A stretch of DNA of 63,008 nt, counting the filler, from Atractiella rhizophila (Eukaryota), in the NCBI GenBank assembly GCA_021432655.1. It is 4 parts of 4 records of this genome, joined end to end, with 100 filler letters (N's around TTAATTAATTAA, not from the genome) between each part and the next. Parts side by side here need not be neighbours in the genome. Positions count along the whole stretch, not along the records: positions 25,784 to 51,376 come from MU271768.1; 3 more parts are not named here. One strand, 5' to 3'. The notes under the pieces are model-generated. The model saw nothing but the letters and a program-made list of their open reading frames with translations, had not been told where the DNA came from and did not search any database. Positions within the stretch are counted from its first letter, which is position 1, and each line of letters starts with the position of its first letter. The position numbers and the translations under genes are program-made. Positions 38,110 to 51,476 of the stretch are shown in pieces.

Positions 38110-40020
38110 ATGTCACTGTCTCCCCACGAGCCGCCGACTGCGACCGTCGACTCCTCCCCACCCATCACCTTCTCCCCCGCCGCCTCCAAGGAGCACGACG
38201 ACTGGTTCTCCGCCCGGCAGGAGCGCATCCTATCAGGCGAGCGGGAGCGCCTAGGCCGCGCGCTGAGTGCCGTCGTCCAGTCTAACCTCGACGAGCGTTA
38301 CAACCTGTCCTCCATCCGCTTCCTCGGACTGGAGAAGACGCGCGCGTCGTTCTTGCAGAAGGCATTGGAGGATGCGCTCCGGAAACATCGGGAAATTGGG
38401 GACCAGGGACGGTTGCGCGACGTGCTTAAGACGGTGAAGGACGTCACGAGCAAGTTGGAGGGGTTTGGCATCTTTGAACAGATTGCGCCGTCGGTGGAAC
38501 ATGCTGAGGCGGGGTTGGGTGGTGCGAGGGACTTGGATGTGGTGTTTCATGTGAAGGAGGCGGCGAGGAAGTATCTCAAGACGTCGACTGACGTCGGCGA
38601 TGGAGAGGGAAGTGTGCAGGCTTTGGGAAGGGTGAGGAATGTGTTTGGAGGCGCGGAGACGGTGGAGGGTGCAATGACTTTTGGTTCTCGCACGAGGAGT
38701 GCATTCCAGGTGCGTTTCCATCTTATTTCGTGTTGGGATTTAGAAGGAAGAGAGATTGATAAAATTTGCGTGTGGAATAGTTGCGCTTCGACTCTCCCGT
38801 TTTTGCCGATCCTGACAAGAGAATTGATACCACCCTGTACGCGAGCGATACGGACCTGTCTCACTTTGCGAGCTGCACAGAGAGGTTGCACGGCTTCCAG
38901 GGCAGATTTAGGGTGCGTCTCTGCAAATCTCTATAGAGGATCAGAAAGAGTGATGAGGGAGAAGACAGTGTCTCCGCTAGGATATCACGAACTTTCATAT
39001 GATGCCGTCCTGAGGAGAATTTGCGATTTGGGACCCAGAGCGAGCATGAGGTTTGTTTGCTTTCTCCTGTCATCTCTGAAAAGGCACATAAAATAATGCT
39101 CCATAGTATGCGTGAATCTGCGGGTACAACAACCAAGTCGGCGGTTTCGCATACTGTCACCTCAGATACTAGGGAGGACGTCTTTGAGCCCTCAAAAGGT
39201 GGAATGTATTACAAGCTTACCCAGGCACGTCCTTCCTTCCTGTTTTTGCTCTCTTCGCCCTGTTAAAACTTATCCTTAAACGACTGTAGGAACTTGCTGG
39301 TCTCGGAGGAGACGCGAAACACATAAAAGGGACGGTAGACGTCCAAAAGTCACTCCCACTCTCATCCGCCGCTGTGAGCCTCTCCGTCTCCTTCTTTAGA
39401 TTTGAAAAATACCGATCTGAAAACAACAGACGCTTTCGCTAGGCTTCCGCTCAGGACTCCTCTATACCCTCTCCCCCTCACCCTCCCTCTTCTCTGACCG
39501 CTTCCACCTCGGCGGCCCTTCAAGCGTACGGATGTTTAAGCTCAACACCTTAGGGCCGAAAGACTATGGTACGTTCCCTTTCCCCTTCGATGGGCCGGCG
39601 ATAGGGCACTCAGGTTGTTGGGTCGGTCGGTTGTAGAGGACTGGGTTGGAGGAGACGCCTTCTGGGCAGCCGGCGCGAGCTTATACGCCCCCATTCCGAA
39701 AAGGACGCACTGGCCCCTCCTCCTCCACGGCTTCGTGAACGCAGGTCGCTTGGTAGCTGTCGATCGGAGTGCGTATCTCTTTCTCCTCCTCTTTCCGCGA
39801 CTACGTGTTTTGACATCTACATTGGAATGTAGAAGCGCCGCTCAGCGACTCTTTAAGAGACCTCCTCAACCCACCATCGACCTCTGTCGGCCTCGGATTA
39901 CTCTATCGCTTCTCCATTGTTCGTCTGGAGGTCAATTTGGGAGTGCCATTGGTCGCAAGTAGAGGGGATGGTACGAGGAAAGGCCTGCAATTGGGAGTGG
40001 GGATGAGCTTCCTTTCTTGA
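38110..40020 (+). CDS. SAM50: Mitochondrial outer-membrane SAM complex beta-barrel Sam50
   Basis: POTRA GLEKTRASFL..LEGFGIF, STDVGDGEGS..RNVFGGAET, ELAGLGGD, SDRFHLGGPSSVRMF, GGDAFWAAG, RLEVNLGVPL..GLQLGVGMSFLS*. Confidence 0.93.
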
Positions 40021-40534
40021 TTACATTAGAACAATAACCAATTCCCTCAATTCCCTGTCGTATTGGCTGTCGCATCGTCTTGACCATTGAGCGGGTATCA
40101 CAGTTGAAGCAGAGCCATACCAGTTGAGCAAAAGCATTATGACAAAAATGAGGCTGACCCTTTGATAATGGATAAACAGGGAAGCAAGCTCCGAGTTCTT
40201 GAATCCATTATTTATAAACTGTGAGCTACAGGGTCTACTGGGAAGGAGACATTTCAAAGCAATGGAGCAAGTTTGGGCATTGGCCATACTCCATACAGGA
40301 AATGCAACAGAACTCGATGGGTACCTCTTGTACTGGTAGGTGTCAACGACAAACACTTGAATAGAGTCATGTCACAAAGCTTTCCGATCAGTTCAGATAC
40401 TGATAGTATCATACCTCCTCCACAGGGATACTCCGACCAAGAGTGCGAATATGGGAAGACATAGCATTGGCAGCATAATTTTCGATGTTGACATAAACGA
40501 AACCTTCTGTCCCACCCACTGAGGCAACAACAAA

Positions 40535-41685
40535 TTAAAGCGTCTTGCTAACGGACGCCACGCTTTGTCCAGCGGCCTTTGCCCTCTTCGCAAGTTTGGC
40601 AACACCTGTTTCGCCATTTGATCAGTCCAAGGTCGGCAAAACCCAGAGGGATATATACTCTTGTTACCACGAACTCCACCTCCCCAGTGCCTTCTGGCAT
40701 CTTCGTACTTCTCGAGATAGTTCGATTTGGCAGCAGAAACGAGTTTCGAGAGTTCGCTCTGGTCTTCTGAGCGGACCTCTGACACGACGGCAATGGCGGC
40801 AGTCTTCTTGTGAACCAGTGTACCGAGACGCGCTTTACCTACTCGCGTCCATCAGACTAATGTTCATCACCAAGATGTGCACAAACCCTTGACGATAACA
40901 TAGGGGACACCCATCTTTCGGCAGAGAGCAGGGACGAAAATAACGAGCTCGATGGGGTCGACATCGTCGGCAATGACCACAAGCTGGGCTTTCTTGGCTT
41001 CAATGAGAGCGACGCAGTGGTTAAGACCGTATTTAACGTAGATGGGCCTGCAAATCGCTGACTCAGAACCTACAGCCAGATAAAGGAACAGAGAAACATT
41101 ACTTCTTAGTCTCCTCAGGCTTTTTGCCCTCAGCAACGGCAGCAGCCTGATCCGCAAGCCTCTTCTTCTTCTCTTGGACGGTCTCGGGCTTGTACTTGTT
41201 GAGGAGTCTGAAGAGTTGGGTAGCAGTGTTCTTGTCGAGCGTGTTGGAGAATTGGGCGATGGCGGGAGGAACCTTCAGACGCTGGCGAAGAATGACCTTC
41301 TGCCTCTGCAGGCGAACGTACTCGGGCCATTTGACGAATCGAGTGAGGTCCCGAGTGGGCTGGATGGATTGACCTGAGCACCAACGCCAAATCTCGAGTC
41401 AGCGGACTGCACTGTGGAACGGCACACTGAGGGAAGAAGAGAAGATAGCAAGGGAGGAACGATACCCACCGATTCCGAAATTCTTAGGCCTCTTTTCAAG
41501 AAGAGGGTTCTTCTCAGACCTAGACTGCTTCTTCTTCGCTCCACCGAGGGGAGCGGGAGCAGGCTTCTTGGATTTTCCTTTGGGAGGCTAATGGGGTCAT
41601 TGAGAAAGAATCAGTATTCTATTCTCTAAGGCACATCCTTTGACGGATGGCCACCCATGTACTGAAAAGTCGTGCCACGCACCAT
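40535..41685 (-). CDS. RPL8: 60S ribosomal protein eL8 (L7a/L8)
   Basis: [80 protein letters not shown]. Confidence 0.97.
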
Positions 41686-42695
41686 TGTTCACTGCGACGT
41701 TAGTAAACCGAAGGGAAGAGTGAAAGGTCGTTGAGAACAAAAGTGAACGAAAATCGAATCAACTTTGAAAAACAGATAGCCACCATCTTCAATCATCATC
41801 AACGCTAACTTTAATGGACCATATATATACCACCATACATTGCTGCATTGCACTTGTTTGAGCTAGCTGGCATGATGCAGATACAGATACGTGAGGGTTG
41901 TGCTGAGAGTTCTGGTCGGCATTCTGGTGTGCAATCTGTATTGTTCCGTGCGAGCTTGAAGGATACACACATTCCAATATTACTAGTGACACGCTGGCAG
42001 TTCGATGGGTGCTCTTGGGAACTGTAACTCGAGTAGATAACTGAGTAGATACACCCGTAATGCCAGGCAAGTGCAAGCTTTAAACCACAGACGCGGTTCC
42101 TCTCTCACCCGCGATCTCTTGTTCACGCCTCAGAGTTAAAGGGAGGGCAGCAGGATCCAAATACGCAGGACAACACTTCCCTATTCTCCCAGACCCAAGC
42201 GCCTTCCCCCGCGCCTGTCATGGCCATGGCCTTCAACATCATCTACGGAGGCAATGGCATAGTTCGCCGACCGAAGAATTTGGCGGGAACCCATCCAGTC
42301 GCGATACTTCCCGAGTCTATTCGACTCAATGTGTTGTTTTGAGAAGCCCAGGAATCAGGCTGGCGGAAGTCGCGCATTCTACAATCGCTCGCCTGAGACA
42401 GGCTGCAATATACTCAGGGCATTACTTAAGGCTACTTCAAGTTAAGGCAAGGCAGGAGTTCTGGAACTCAAAATTTTCATCCAACACTATCCTCAGCCAC
42501 CCAAAGAAAGAAAGCAGGAAGGAAAGAAAGCAGGAGTTAAGTGGACATAAAAAAGTACGTTCGGGTTATGGTGGCGAACATTAAAAAATAAGATTTGTAT
42601 GTGTGGCGGGAAGGAACTACGGAAGCGGAGAGCGAGGGCGAAAGAGTGACAAAAACTCGACATTCTCCCTTTTCGTATCATTTCCCTTGACGACC

Positions 42696-45306
42696 ATGAC
42701 GGAGACTCTCTTGCCCAGCCCCAGCGTCACAGAGCCGAGGGCATCCACCTCAGGGGCAGCCTCAGGAGTCGCGGGAGTAGCAGTGGGTGAGGCGAAACGC
42801 AAGACCCGAGCTGCGTGCGACGCTTGTCATGTTCGTGTCTTATCCACGCTTAGCCTCACTTTCTGACCTTGGATCACATTGCCGATGTCAACAGCTGAGG
42901 AGAGTGAAATGCGAATACAGAAATCCGGGCCAGCCAGTGTGCATCAAATGCGAGAAGAAGGGCATCAGGTAAGCCCCTTTTATATCCCAACGACGCAATA
43001 TTCGCTCCCGTCGAACGCTCCGTGCTCGCTGCTTACCTCGCCGTCCTATCCTCCTTTTGACACGTTTCTGACACCCTGCCGGCCTTTGTTTCGCTCGTCC
43101 AGGTGCACTAGCAGCTTCATTAAGCCGTACAAACCACGAACGGGGAAGAGAATCGAACAGGCTCGCTCCGTCTATGGCATCCTCACTCCCGCCATCGACT
43201 CGAATGGCAACGAGCTCCCATCGGATTCTAGACTTATCGCCTTCAGCTCGGCCCTCACCATTGCAGACCAGCTCTTCTACGCCGACAATGCCAACGCCAC
43301 AGGGCAACATCTAATCGAGAGTGCGTTTATTTCTTCATTCCCCGGCATCAAGACCTTATCCAGTGATTGGGGACAGGCCAAATGGAAATCATGCCATACT
43401 CCCTCTCGAACCTGGTGTGGCCGAACGTGCTAGGTCTCATCCAGCAAGTGAACATGCGATTCGAAGATCTCGAAGACGAACTGCAAGTGGTCATCGCCTG
43501 TCTACTCGCAACTGGTGCACGAGCATCCAATCACGCTGTTTGTCCCTCCTCTTTCCTCCCCTCCCTTTGCTCATTACAGCATGAAGGCAATTCTGGGAGA
43601 CTCATCTCAAAAGATCGATGACCTGTGGGGCAAGGACCTGACTGCGTATGGCAAGACAAGAGGTCCTATGGTTCACTCCCTTATCAACCGCGCTGTCCGA
43701 CTAGCCGATCGCGCAGGTCTCATGCGTCGAGCGACTCTCAAATCCATCGTCGCCTTGCTCATGCTCGAACAACTGCTTAACCGTGAGAATTCCATCTTTG
43801 TCGCCCCCTTTATCGGCTAACCGCCTCGTGTGCATCCAGAAGCAGACCCATCCTGCCGCTCCGGATACTCTTATCTCTCGGGCGCTTGTGATCACCTTCG
43901 CACTCTCCTCGGAGCGGAAGAGACACCTCCTGAGGTCCGAAACCAACTTTTACATCACGTCGCACCCTTCCTCTTTGTACGCCGCCTTTCCTTCCTCAGC
44001 TCACAACACTCATATCATACTGACAGAGTCGCGACGCGTTGGCCGCGGCCGCTTCAGAGCGGTTTCCAAATTTGTATGTTGCTTCACATGTCTCGCAAAG
44101 GAGCATGACTGAGAAATCGGTTGGGCCGAAGGACGAATTGGGATCTGCGCGCCTTTTTCGCCGATTCTCCTTTCGGGTTGGACGCCTTCCTGGGTTCCGA
44201 AGACATTCAGAATCGCGAGCATTGGTCGAAGGAGACGAGGATCATTGGGCTCAATATTCGAATAGCGGCTCTGGCGAGGGCATTCTTGGAAACCGCTTCG
44301 TCGCGTTCGTCCCTCATATTTTCAACCCCGCTTCTTCTCTGACACGTTAATGTCGATAGCCCTCGCAAAGAAAATAGCGACCGTTACTCCTGATGTCGTA
44401 GAACGATTATGGTCTGAACTCGACCTCGTCAGGAAGGAGATTGCGAAGCTGCAAATGGGCCCAATGGAAACCTTGCCGGAATATTACGTTCCCATGTGTG
44501 CCTCGCTAGCCCGTCTGCTGTTTCAATGTCATCGACAACTCCACCTTCGACTGCAAAGAACGTTCAGCCCATCGTCAGTGCAAGAAATCGACGGTCTGGC
44601 TGAGATGGATGGATTGTCGCAAATATGGCCGATCAGCAATAATAAGGTGGACAAAGAGATTGCGTTTCTGTCCGAACTTTTTCAAAGGGTTCTTACTGTC
44701 CGTTTTCCCGTCTCTCCATCCCGTACCTCGTATATTGATTGTTGCGGATCGTAGGATCCCGTACGGAGAAAAGCACCTTCCCTCCTCACCATCCGTCATC
44801 TCGTGAACGCCCTCCTCCAACTCCCCGACGGCGTGGAACGACTCTCCCGTCTCCTCCTCCTCGATCCAGGCTTGCGCATCCAGGTGTTGCAAACCCTCAA
44901 AACTTTCGCGTTTGCCTTCCCCGACGTTGTCGACGTCATCACAAAACTGGAAGGCCCGCCAGCCCCCATGTCGAACCTGTCGATGTCTCCTGCTCCCCCT
45001 CCTCCGACCGCGCTTCCAATGCCCCACCAGACGAGCCCGACTCCCGCACCGCCGGAAATGCTGCATTTTTTTGGAGCAATGCAGGATAGGAATATCTTTG
45101 CGGGAAACCCTCCGAGCGCTGTAGTCGTCTCCTCCCCACCTAACTTTCTTCCTGGGAGCCCCACCCTCAGATCGCTTCATGGAATGTCGATACATGGCCT
45201 TCAGCCGCCGATGACACCGGATCCATTCGCGGCGCAACAGTTGCCCGTGGACGGAACAGGTGGCTGGTATCAGAACTACTTCTTCGACAATAATCTGAGA
45301 GGGTAA
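42696..45306 (+). CDS. Zn2Cys6 transcription factor
   Basis: RAACDACH|LRRVKCEYRNPGQPVCIKCEKKGIR|CT..PRTGKRIEQAR. Confidence 0.9.
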
Positions 45307-45628
45307 CAACCCCCTCACGTTTCTTGGGATGGACATTATATTATGTGGTCTTTGGTGTCCTAAACCCGTTGTATGAATAGCAGAAGTGGTCTTTCTTTTG
45401 AAGTTGCTTGTATTTGCTCCCCTGTTGCTTTCCCAAAGTGATCGTCTCTACTCTTCCTCTCGTTATTTGGTCCAAGGACCTACTGCTTGCCTCGGATGTG
45501 AGGATTGGTTTGTTCTCATTAGCTAGCTATATATACATGAGTCGCTCGTCGTACGGAACATATAAGCCACATAATGCATACTGCACTGTCGGTCAAAACA
45601 GCGTATGCACCAGTTATGCCTACCTTCC

Positions 45629-47869
45629 TTAGCTCTTCGGAAGCTCACTGGTAGAAATGTTAATGTCACGAAAGGAAAATGGGAGGCACCGGACCTTTCC
45701 TCGATAATTCCTTGTCCTGGAAACCAAACCATCCATCCAAACTCACTGTCATCTGACCGCCGCCCAAAGAAGCTGCCAGGATTAAAAACATGACATCCCT
45801 CTCGCGGTGGCTCTGCTGCCTGATCTTGATTATAGATGATTTTATAAGGAGGATGGCGGTCTGCCAATGCGAGCTAGAGACAAGTTGTTTCAAAGATCTT
45901 CGTTATTGAGAAGGAAAAGCCTACCGCCGTAGGTGCGGGATATAATCGAAGTGCATGATCGTAATCCCACAATACAGGGCGGACGTGAAGAGGCAAAGGA
46001 GAGAGGTGACCTTGATCTAATATCGTCTGCACCAGCTAATGATCATTGAATCAGATGCAGCTTGGAGGAAGTGACATGACCTACATGGCGTCTCATATCC
46101 TCCCTCTCTAGCCGCTCACCCTTCACACAATTCCTGACCATCTTCCCCATCAGATCATCTCTGAACACAACCAACTCTTTACTTCCCCATTGAATCCGGC
46201 ACGGGTTGCTCGCCATCGTGAACCTCGCATTGACAGAGCTGAGCCGCGAGGTGAGCGGCTTGGTCAGCATTTTTGGGAGAGCAGGGCGTGGAAGCAATGG
46301 CGTGACGTAGGGATCATGTGGGCCTGGAACGAAGACCAGGTGCGTGGAGGAGAGAAAACTGCGATAGGTGACAAGGATTTTTGCGAGAGCATCCATGTTC
46401 TCTGTGCAGCAGATCATGTAAATCGGGTCTAGTAAGTTATGAACAGCGTACCTTGGAATTGAACAATGTCTTGAGCTCCACCCTTCCATTCTTTCGAACA
46501 AAAGCTACCACAAAGAACGAGCACGGCAGGCCGTTGCGACGCCTCCATGGAATCGTAAACTTCCAGCATCCGCGCGAAGTTGGGGAGAACCTTAGGATGG
46601 TCCAGCATTAGATCGGAGATGATGACGAAATGTGCTTTGTGTAGAGAAAGTGAGCGGTTCAAAGCTTTCTATATCCCTTTCAGCATTGCGCACACAACAG
46701 AAGAAGCCTTTACCTCCTCAGAAAGAGATATCGCGCCGACTCCGAGGAAATCGACATGCCCAAAGACACCGCTTGCAGACATAGGTTTTTATGCTTTCTC
46801 TCAGCATGAGTGAGGAGAGGGACCAACCGAGAAATCTCGCGATGCTCACTAGGCGGATGACCCATTTCAATGACTTTGAGCGTTCCTTCGATCGTATAAT
46901 CCCCATCGACGAGCACGAAAGAGCCTTCCGTAAATATTCCTTCTGCCGGCGTCTATTTACAAAGGGCATCAAAAGTGAGAGAGGAAGAGAAGGATGGGCT
47001 AACAGCATCTTCAAGGTCTAATTCAACCCGGTCATTAAGGTCCTCAAGATAGAACGAGCCATCTTCTCCACGCGTCAAAAGCCCAAAGATCAGGAACCGA
47101 GACCCTGAACGTCCTAGTAGGTTCTTTATTGAAGTGAGCTGCACACAATCATTAACATTGTTCGAACTTGCGGTTAATAAGCTTACCTTCATGTAACTCT
47201 CCCGCTCCTTCTCTCCTGCTTGTAAAATAGAAGGCGGGGAGAAGTGCTCGTTCCTCAGAATCACTTGCTTGAGGATACTGAAACGTGTGCGCATGTACTG
47301 AGACTTAGAAAGTGCTCCTGGCACGAGAGATGGTTTGTGTGAGGACCTGGCAATGGGTTATTTGTAATGTTGTGACAATAGAAGCTGGGACGACCTACTT
47401 TACAAATCCAACTCGTGCCTCATCCCAATCCAATTTAGGCATATCGAACGCGTTGACAACCCTCAAAAAAGACGAAGGGTCGCGAACAGTCCCTGACATT
47501 AGGTCATCTTCGTCTTCCTCCACTGACGGCGCAGATTGCAACTTTTTGCAAACAGCATCGATTTGCTCGACAGAAACAATGGGCAATACCTCTGCATTCG
47601 TGTCTCAGCTTCAGCAATCGAAGGGCTGTAAAAGTACACACCATCAAAGTCGGCAGATGCGTATTCTTTGGCAATTGTCTCTATAGTCCTCTCAACATCA
47701 TCGGGACTGATGTTGTACTCTTCGATCAAGTTTTCAAGATAACGCGTCGCTTCCACCGACAAAGAGAGTGAATATCGACGCGTAAATACCTGTACATTAT
47801 CCGCTAAATAAAGATGGAGCCCCGAGACACGATACCTACCTTCTTGATAGCTGCTCTAGTGGTGGCCAT
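45629..47869 (-). CDS. DPB2: DNA polymerase epsilon subunit B
   Basis: [74 protein letters not shown]. Confidence 0.95.
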
Positions 47870-48012
47870 GTTGAGTTACTGTCCTGCACATGGCAAGCCC
47901 CTCAGACTACTCACTAAGAGCCCCCAAACCAGGCAGCCCAAACCGAGTTTCCAAAAAATCCAGTGCCACTCACCCTTTTCGACTTTGCAGCCAAATCTTC
48001 CCTCTGCTCAAA

Positions 48013-48757
48013 ATGGTGGATCAGGGTGTGTCTTGTCGGCTACTTTTTAGGCAAATACATTGCTGATCGGTGCGGAATTGGAACAGAGAAACTAAAGAAG
48101 CTACAAGCCCAAGCTGCAGCTCTCCGAATCGGAGGAAAAGGTACACCACGACGGAAAGTGGTCAAAAAGCCAAAGGCATCCTCTGCGGCAGACGATAAGA
48201 AACTTCAATCTACTCTGAAGAAGCTTGGGACTCAGCCCATCAGTGGAATTGAGGAGGTAAACATGTTCAAGGAGGACGGACAAGTGTTGCACTTCACCGC
48301 TCCGAAAGGTTTGTAACTTCATCCTTTGACCTGGAGCTGGGTTTTAAGATTTCGGTATCTGCGAAATAGTCAATGCGGCCGTCAGCGCAAACACTTTCGT
48401 TGTTTACGGCAATGGACAGAACAAGGATTTAACGGAACTAGTTCCCGGAATTCTCAATCAATTGGGCCCCGATTCTCTCGCCAATCTTAGGAAGCTAGCA
48501 GAGAGTTATCAGGCGATGCAGGGTAGCGGAGTTGGATTGGGAGGTGCGGATGGGAAGGAGGATGACGATGAGGAAGTTCCCGTGAGTTGATCAGTACGGC
48601 AGTAACGTACGTGGAGCTGATGGCATGTGAAAGGATCTGGTGGAGAGCTTCGATGTTAGCGAGAATGCCAACACTGGCAGCAAGGTTGAGGAAGTTGTGG
48701 GTATTCATTGTCTCCGATGGATGGAAGGGACGTGACTGAGTGGGAAAGCAGAACTAA
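48013..48757 (+). CDS. EGD1: Nascent polypeptide-associated complex beta subunit
   Basis: [61 protein letters not shown]. Confidence 0.96.
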
Positions 48758-49168
48758 ATCACGTCGGAGACGACGAATCAAAAGTAGCAGATACCCTCCT
48801 ACTGATCCACCCAAATCGTATCTTCTGGCTCGCAACGTCGTATTCACCAGTGCTACTCATATCCTACCCCATTATCTGGACTTCACTTGAACCTCCCTTC
48901 GCATGCTTGAAAGCTTGTGTATTTTTCCAAAGAAATGTCTGTTTGCACTTGATCAATGATTCAATCGGTGCCGCAGACCTCGTTCACATCTTCCTTTGAG
49001 GAGATTGGATGGCTTTGAGCACACACGAGAGTCGTAAGCCCCATATTGTGACTCCCAAGATTTTGGGTTTAGCACGTGAACGCTACCCCTATCTAAAAGC
49101 GCGTAACAACACAACGACCTGGCTGAGCGTGCCACTTCTTATGAGACCACAAGCACAGGAGAGTTAAC

Positions 49169-51376
49169 ATGGATTCTCTCCCGCGCTCGCGATCACTGCG
49201 ACGACTGTACTCCTCTTCAGACGCAGAAACGACTTCGAAACTTCTCCAAAGGACAGGTAAACGACCTGGGCAGAACTTAGCGGATGCTGCAGCACAAGCG
49301 GAATGGAATGAGAAGAGATGGGTTTGGGTACCTGATGAGAAGGAGGGCTATATCGCGGGTTGGATAATACAAGAGGAAACGGTGGAGAACGAGAGAGGGG
49401 AGATGGAAGAGGTGTGCACTGTGGGAATGGTTAATGATCAGGTCTGTACTTCTTTAGTAATATCCTAGATAGGTGTAGAAGGGTTGGTAGACTATTGTGT
49501 TGCCTACAAACGCTCTGAGCAAGGCGAATCCCCCCAAATTCGACAAAGCAGAAGACATAGCGGACTTGACGTTCTTGAATGAAGCCAGCGTTGTTCATAA
49601 TCTCAGAAGACGCGCTGAGGGTGGAATGATTTATGTGCGTTTTACCTTCTACTCTGGCCACCATGTGCAGTTCTGATCAAATATGCAGACGTATTCTGGA
49701 CTTTTCTTGGTCGCTGTGAATCCATACCATGCTTTGCCCATTTACACAACCCCTGTTGTGCAACGTGAGCAATACTTTGAACTTGATTTCCCTTCATGTT
49801 AATTCCTTTATGTAGAATACAAGAGTCGCCGACGAGACGAGAACCCGCCTCACATCTTCGCGATCGCAGAACGAGCATGGCAGAACATGGTGGGCGAGCG
49901 CGAAGGGCAATCTATTCTCATCACCGGCGAGTCTGGTGCTGGAAAGACTGAGAACACGAAACGCTGTATTCAATACCTAGCGGCCATCGCATCTGACTCG
50001 TTACCCACGTCGGGTTCAGCCAATTCCATTGGAGACCGCTCGAGACCTACAACTCCCACACACAGTCGGCCCGACTACGGTGCTAAACGCCTCGGCTTGC
50101 TAGAACGGCAGATCCTGCAGGCTAATCCCATCCTCGAAAGCTTTGGAAATGCTCAAACTGTTCGAAATAACAACTCATCGCGATTCGGAAAGTTCATTCG
50201 AATATTTTTTACGAGTTCGGGCAGTATTGCTGGTGCCAATATCGACTGGTACCTGCTGGAGAAGAGTAGAGTGACGAGCAGACCCGAATCAGAGAGGTGT
50301 TTTCACATCTTCTACCAACTTTTACGAGGCGCCAAACCAGAGCTCAGGAAGCAGCTTTTATTGGACGGAGATGTTGGAGACTATGGCTATTTGAAGGGGA
50401 GCAGGAGGGATGTGGACGGAGTGGATGATGAAGTAGAATGGAGACTCCTCCAAGATGGACTTGATACGGTCGGTTTTTCCGAATCCGAGCAGATGGACAT
50501 GTTCCGGGTAATCGCTGCCATCCTGCACATGTCAAACATCGACGTCTCTTCGGATCGTTCGGACCAGGCACTTATCAAGGACAATTCTCACGTTGAGAAA
50601 GTCTGTCATCTGCTTGGTTTGAGAGTGGAGGAGCTCAGTAAAGGACTGCTCCGGCCGAAGGTCAAGGCTGGAAGAGAATGGGTTACGCAAGCCAGGTCTA
50701 GGAGCCAGGTCATGGACGAAATGGCAAGTTTATGCAGGACACTTTACGAGAAGAACTTTGGCCATCTGGTGGAGCGGATTAATAAAGCCCTTGATCGGCC
50801 CAATTCGAAAAGCACCTTTATTGGCGTTTTGGATATTGCTGGTTTTGAAATTTTTCAGACCAATGGTAAGATAACCTGTCCGTGTGCTTCCGTATCAACT
50901 AATGGATGATCTAGGTTTTGAGCAGTTGTGCATCAACTTCACAAACGAAAAGCTCCAGCAATTCTTCAATCACCACATGTTCGTTCTTGAGCAAGAGGAG
51001 TATGCACGTGAATCTATTGAATGGGATTTCGTCAACTTTGGCCTTGATCTTCAACCAACTATCGACCTCATCGAATCCACCCACCCCGTTATAGGGATCC
51101 TTAGTTGTCTTGATGAAGAATGCATCATGCCAAAGGCAACTGACAAAACGTTTGTTCAGAAACTGCACGACTTAGTCAAATCTCATGGAGAGCCGATCTC
51201 TACCAAGTACGCTCCTGCAAGATTTGACCAGGGATTCTCGGTCAAACACTATGCGGGGACGGTGGAGTATCGCACGGATGGATGGCTAGAGAAGAATAAG
51301 GATCCTCTCAACGACAACCTGACATCTCTTCTCGCCAATTCCTCCGACCGCTACGTGGCGACTCTTTTTGCTGAAT
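49169..51376 (+). CDS. Myosin type II heavy chain, motor domain (3' truncated)
   Basis: [76 protein letters not shown]. Confidence 0.95.
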
Positions 51377-51476
51377 NNNNNNNNNNNNNNNNNNNNNNNN
51401 NNNNNNNNNNNNNNNNNNNNTTAATTAATTAANNNNNNNNNNNNNNNNNNNNNNNNNNNNNNNNNNNNNNNNNNNN
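51377..51476. other. Artificial contig linker N44-TTAATTAATTAA-N44
   Basis: Same cassette as 25684. Confidence 0.97.

Noticed and set aside
44575..45336. Long antisense ORFs (also 24511-25029, 51715-52350)
   Set aside because: Antisense shadows of well-supported coding exons.
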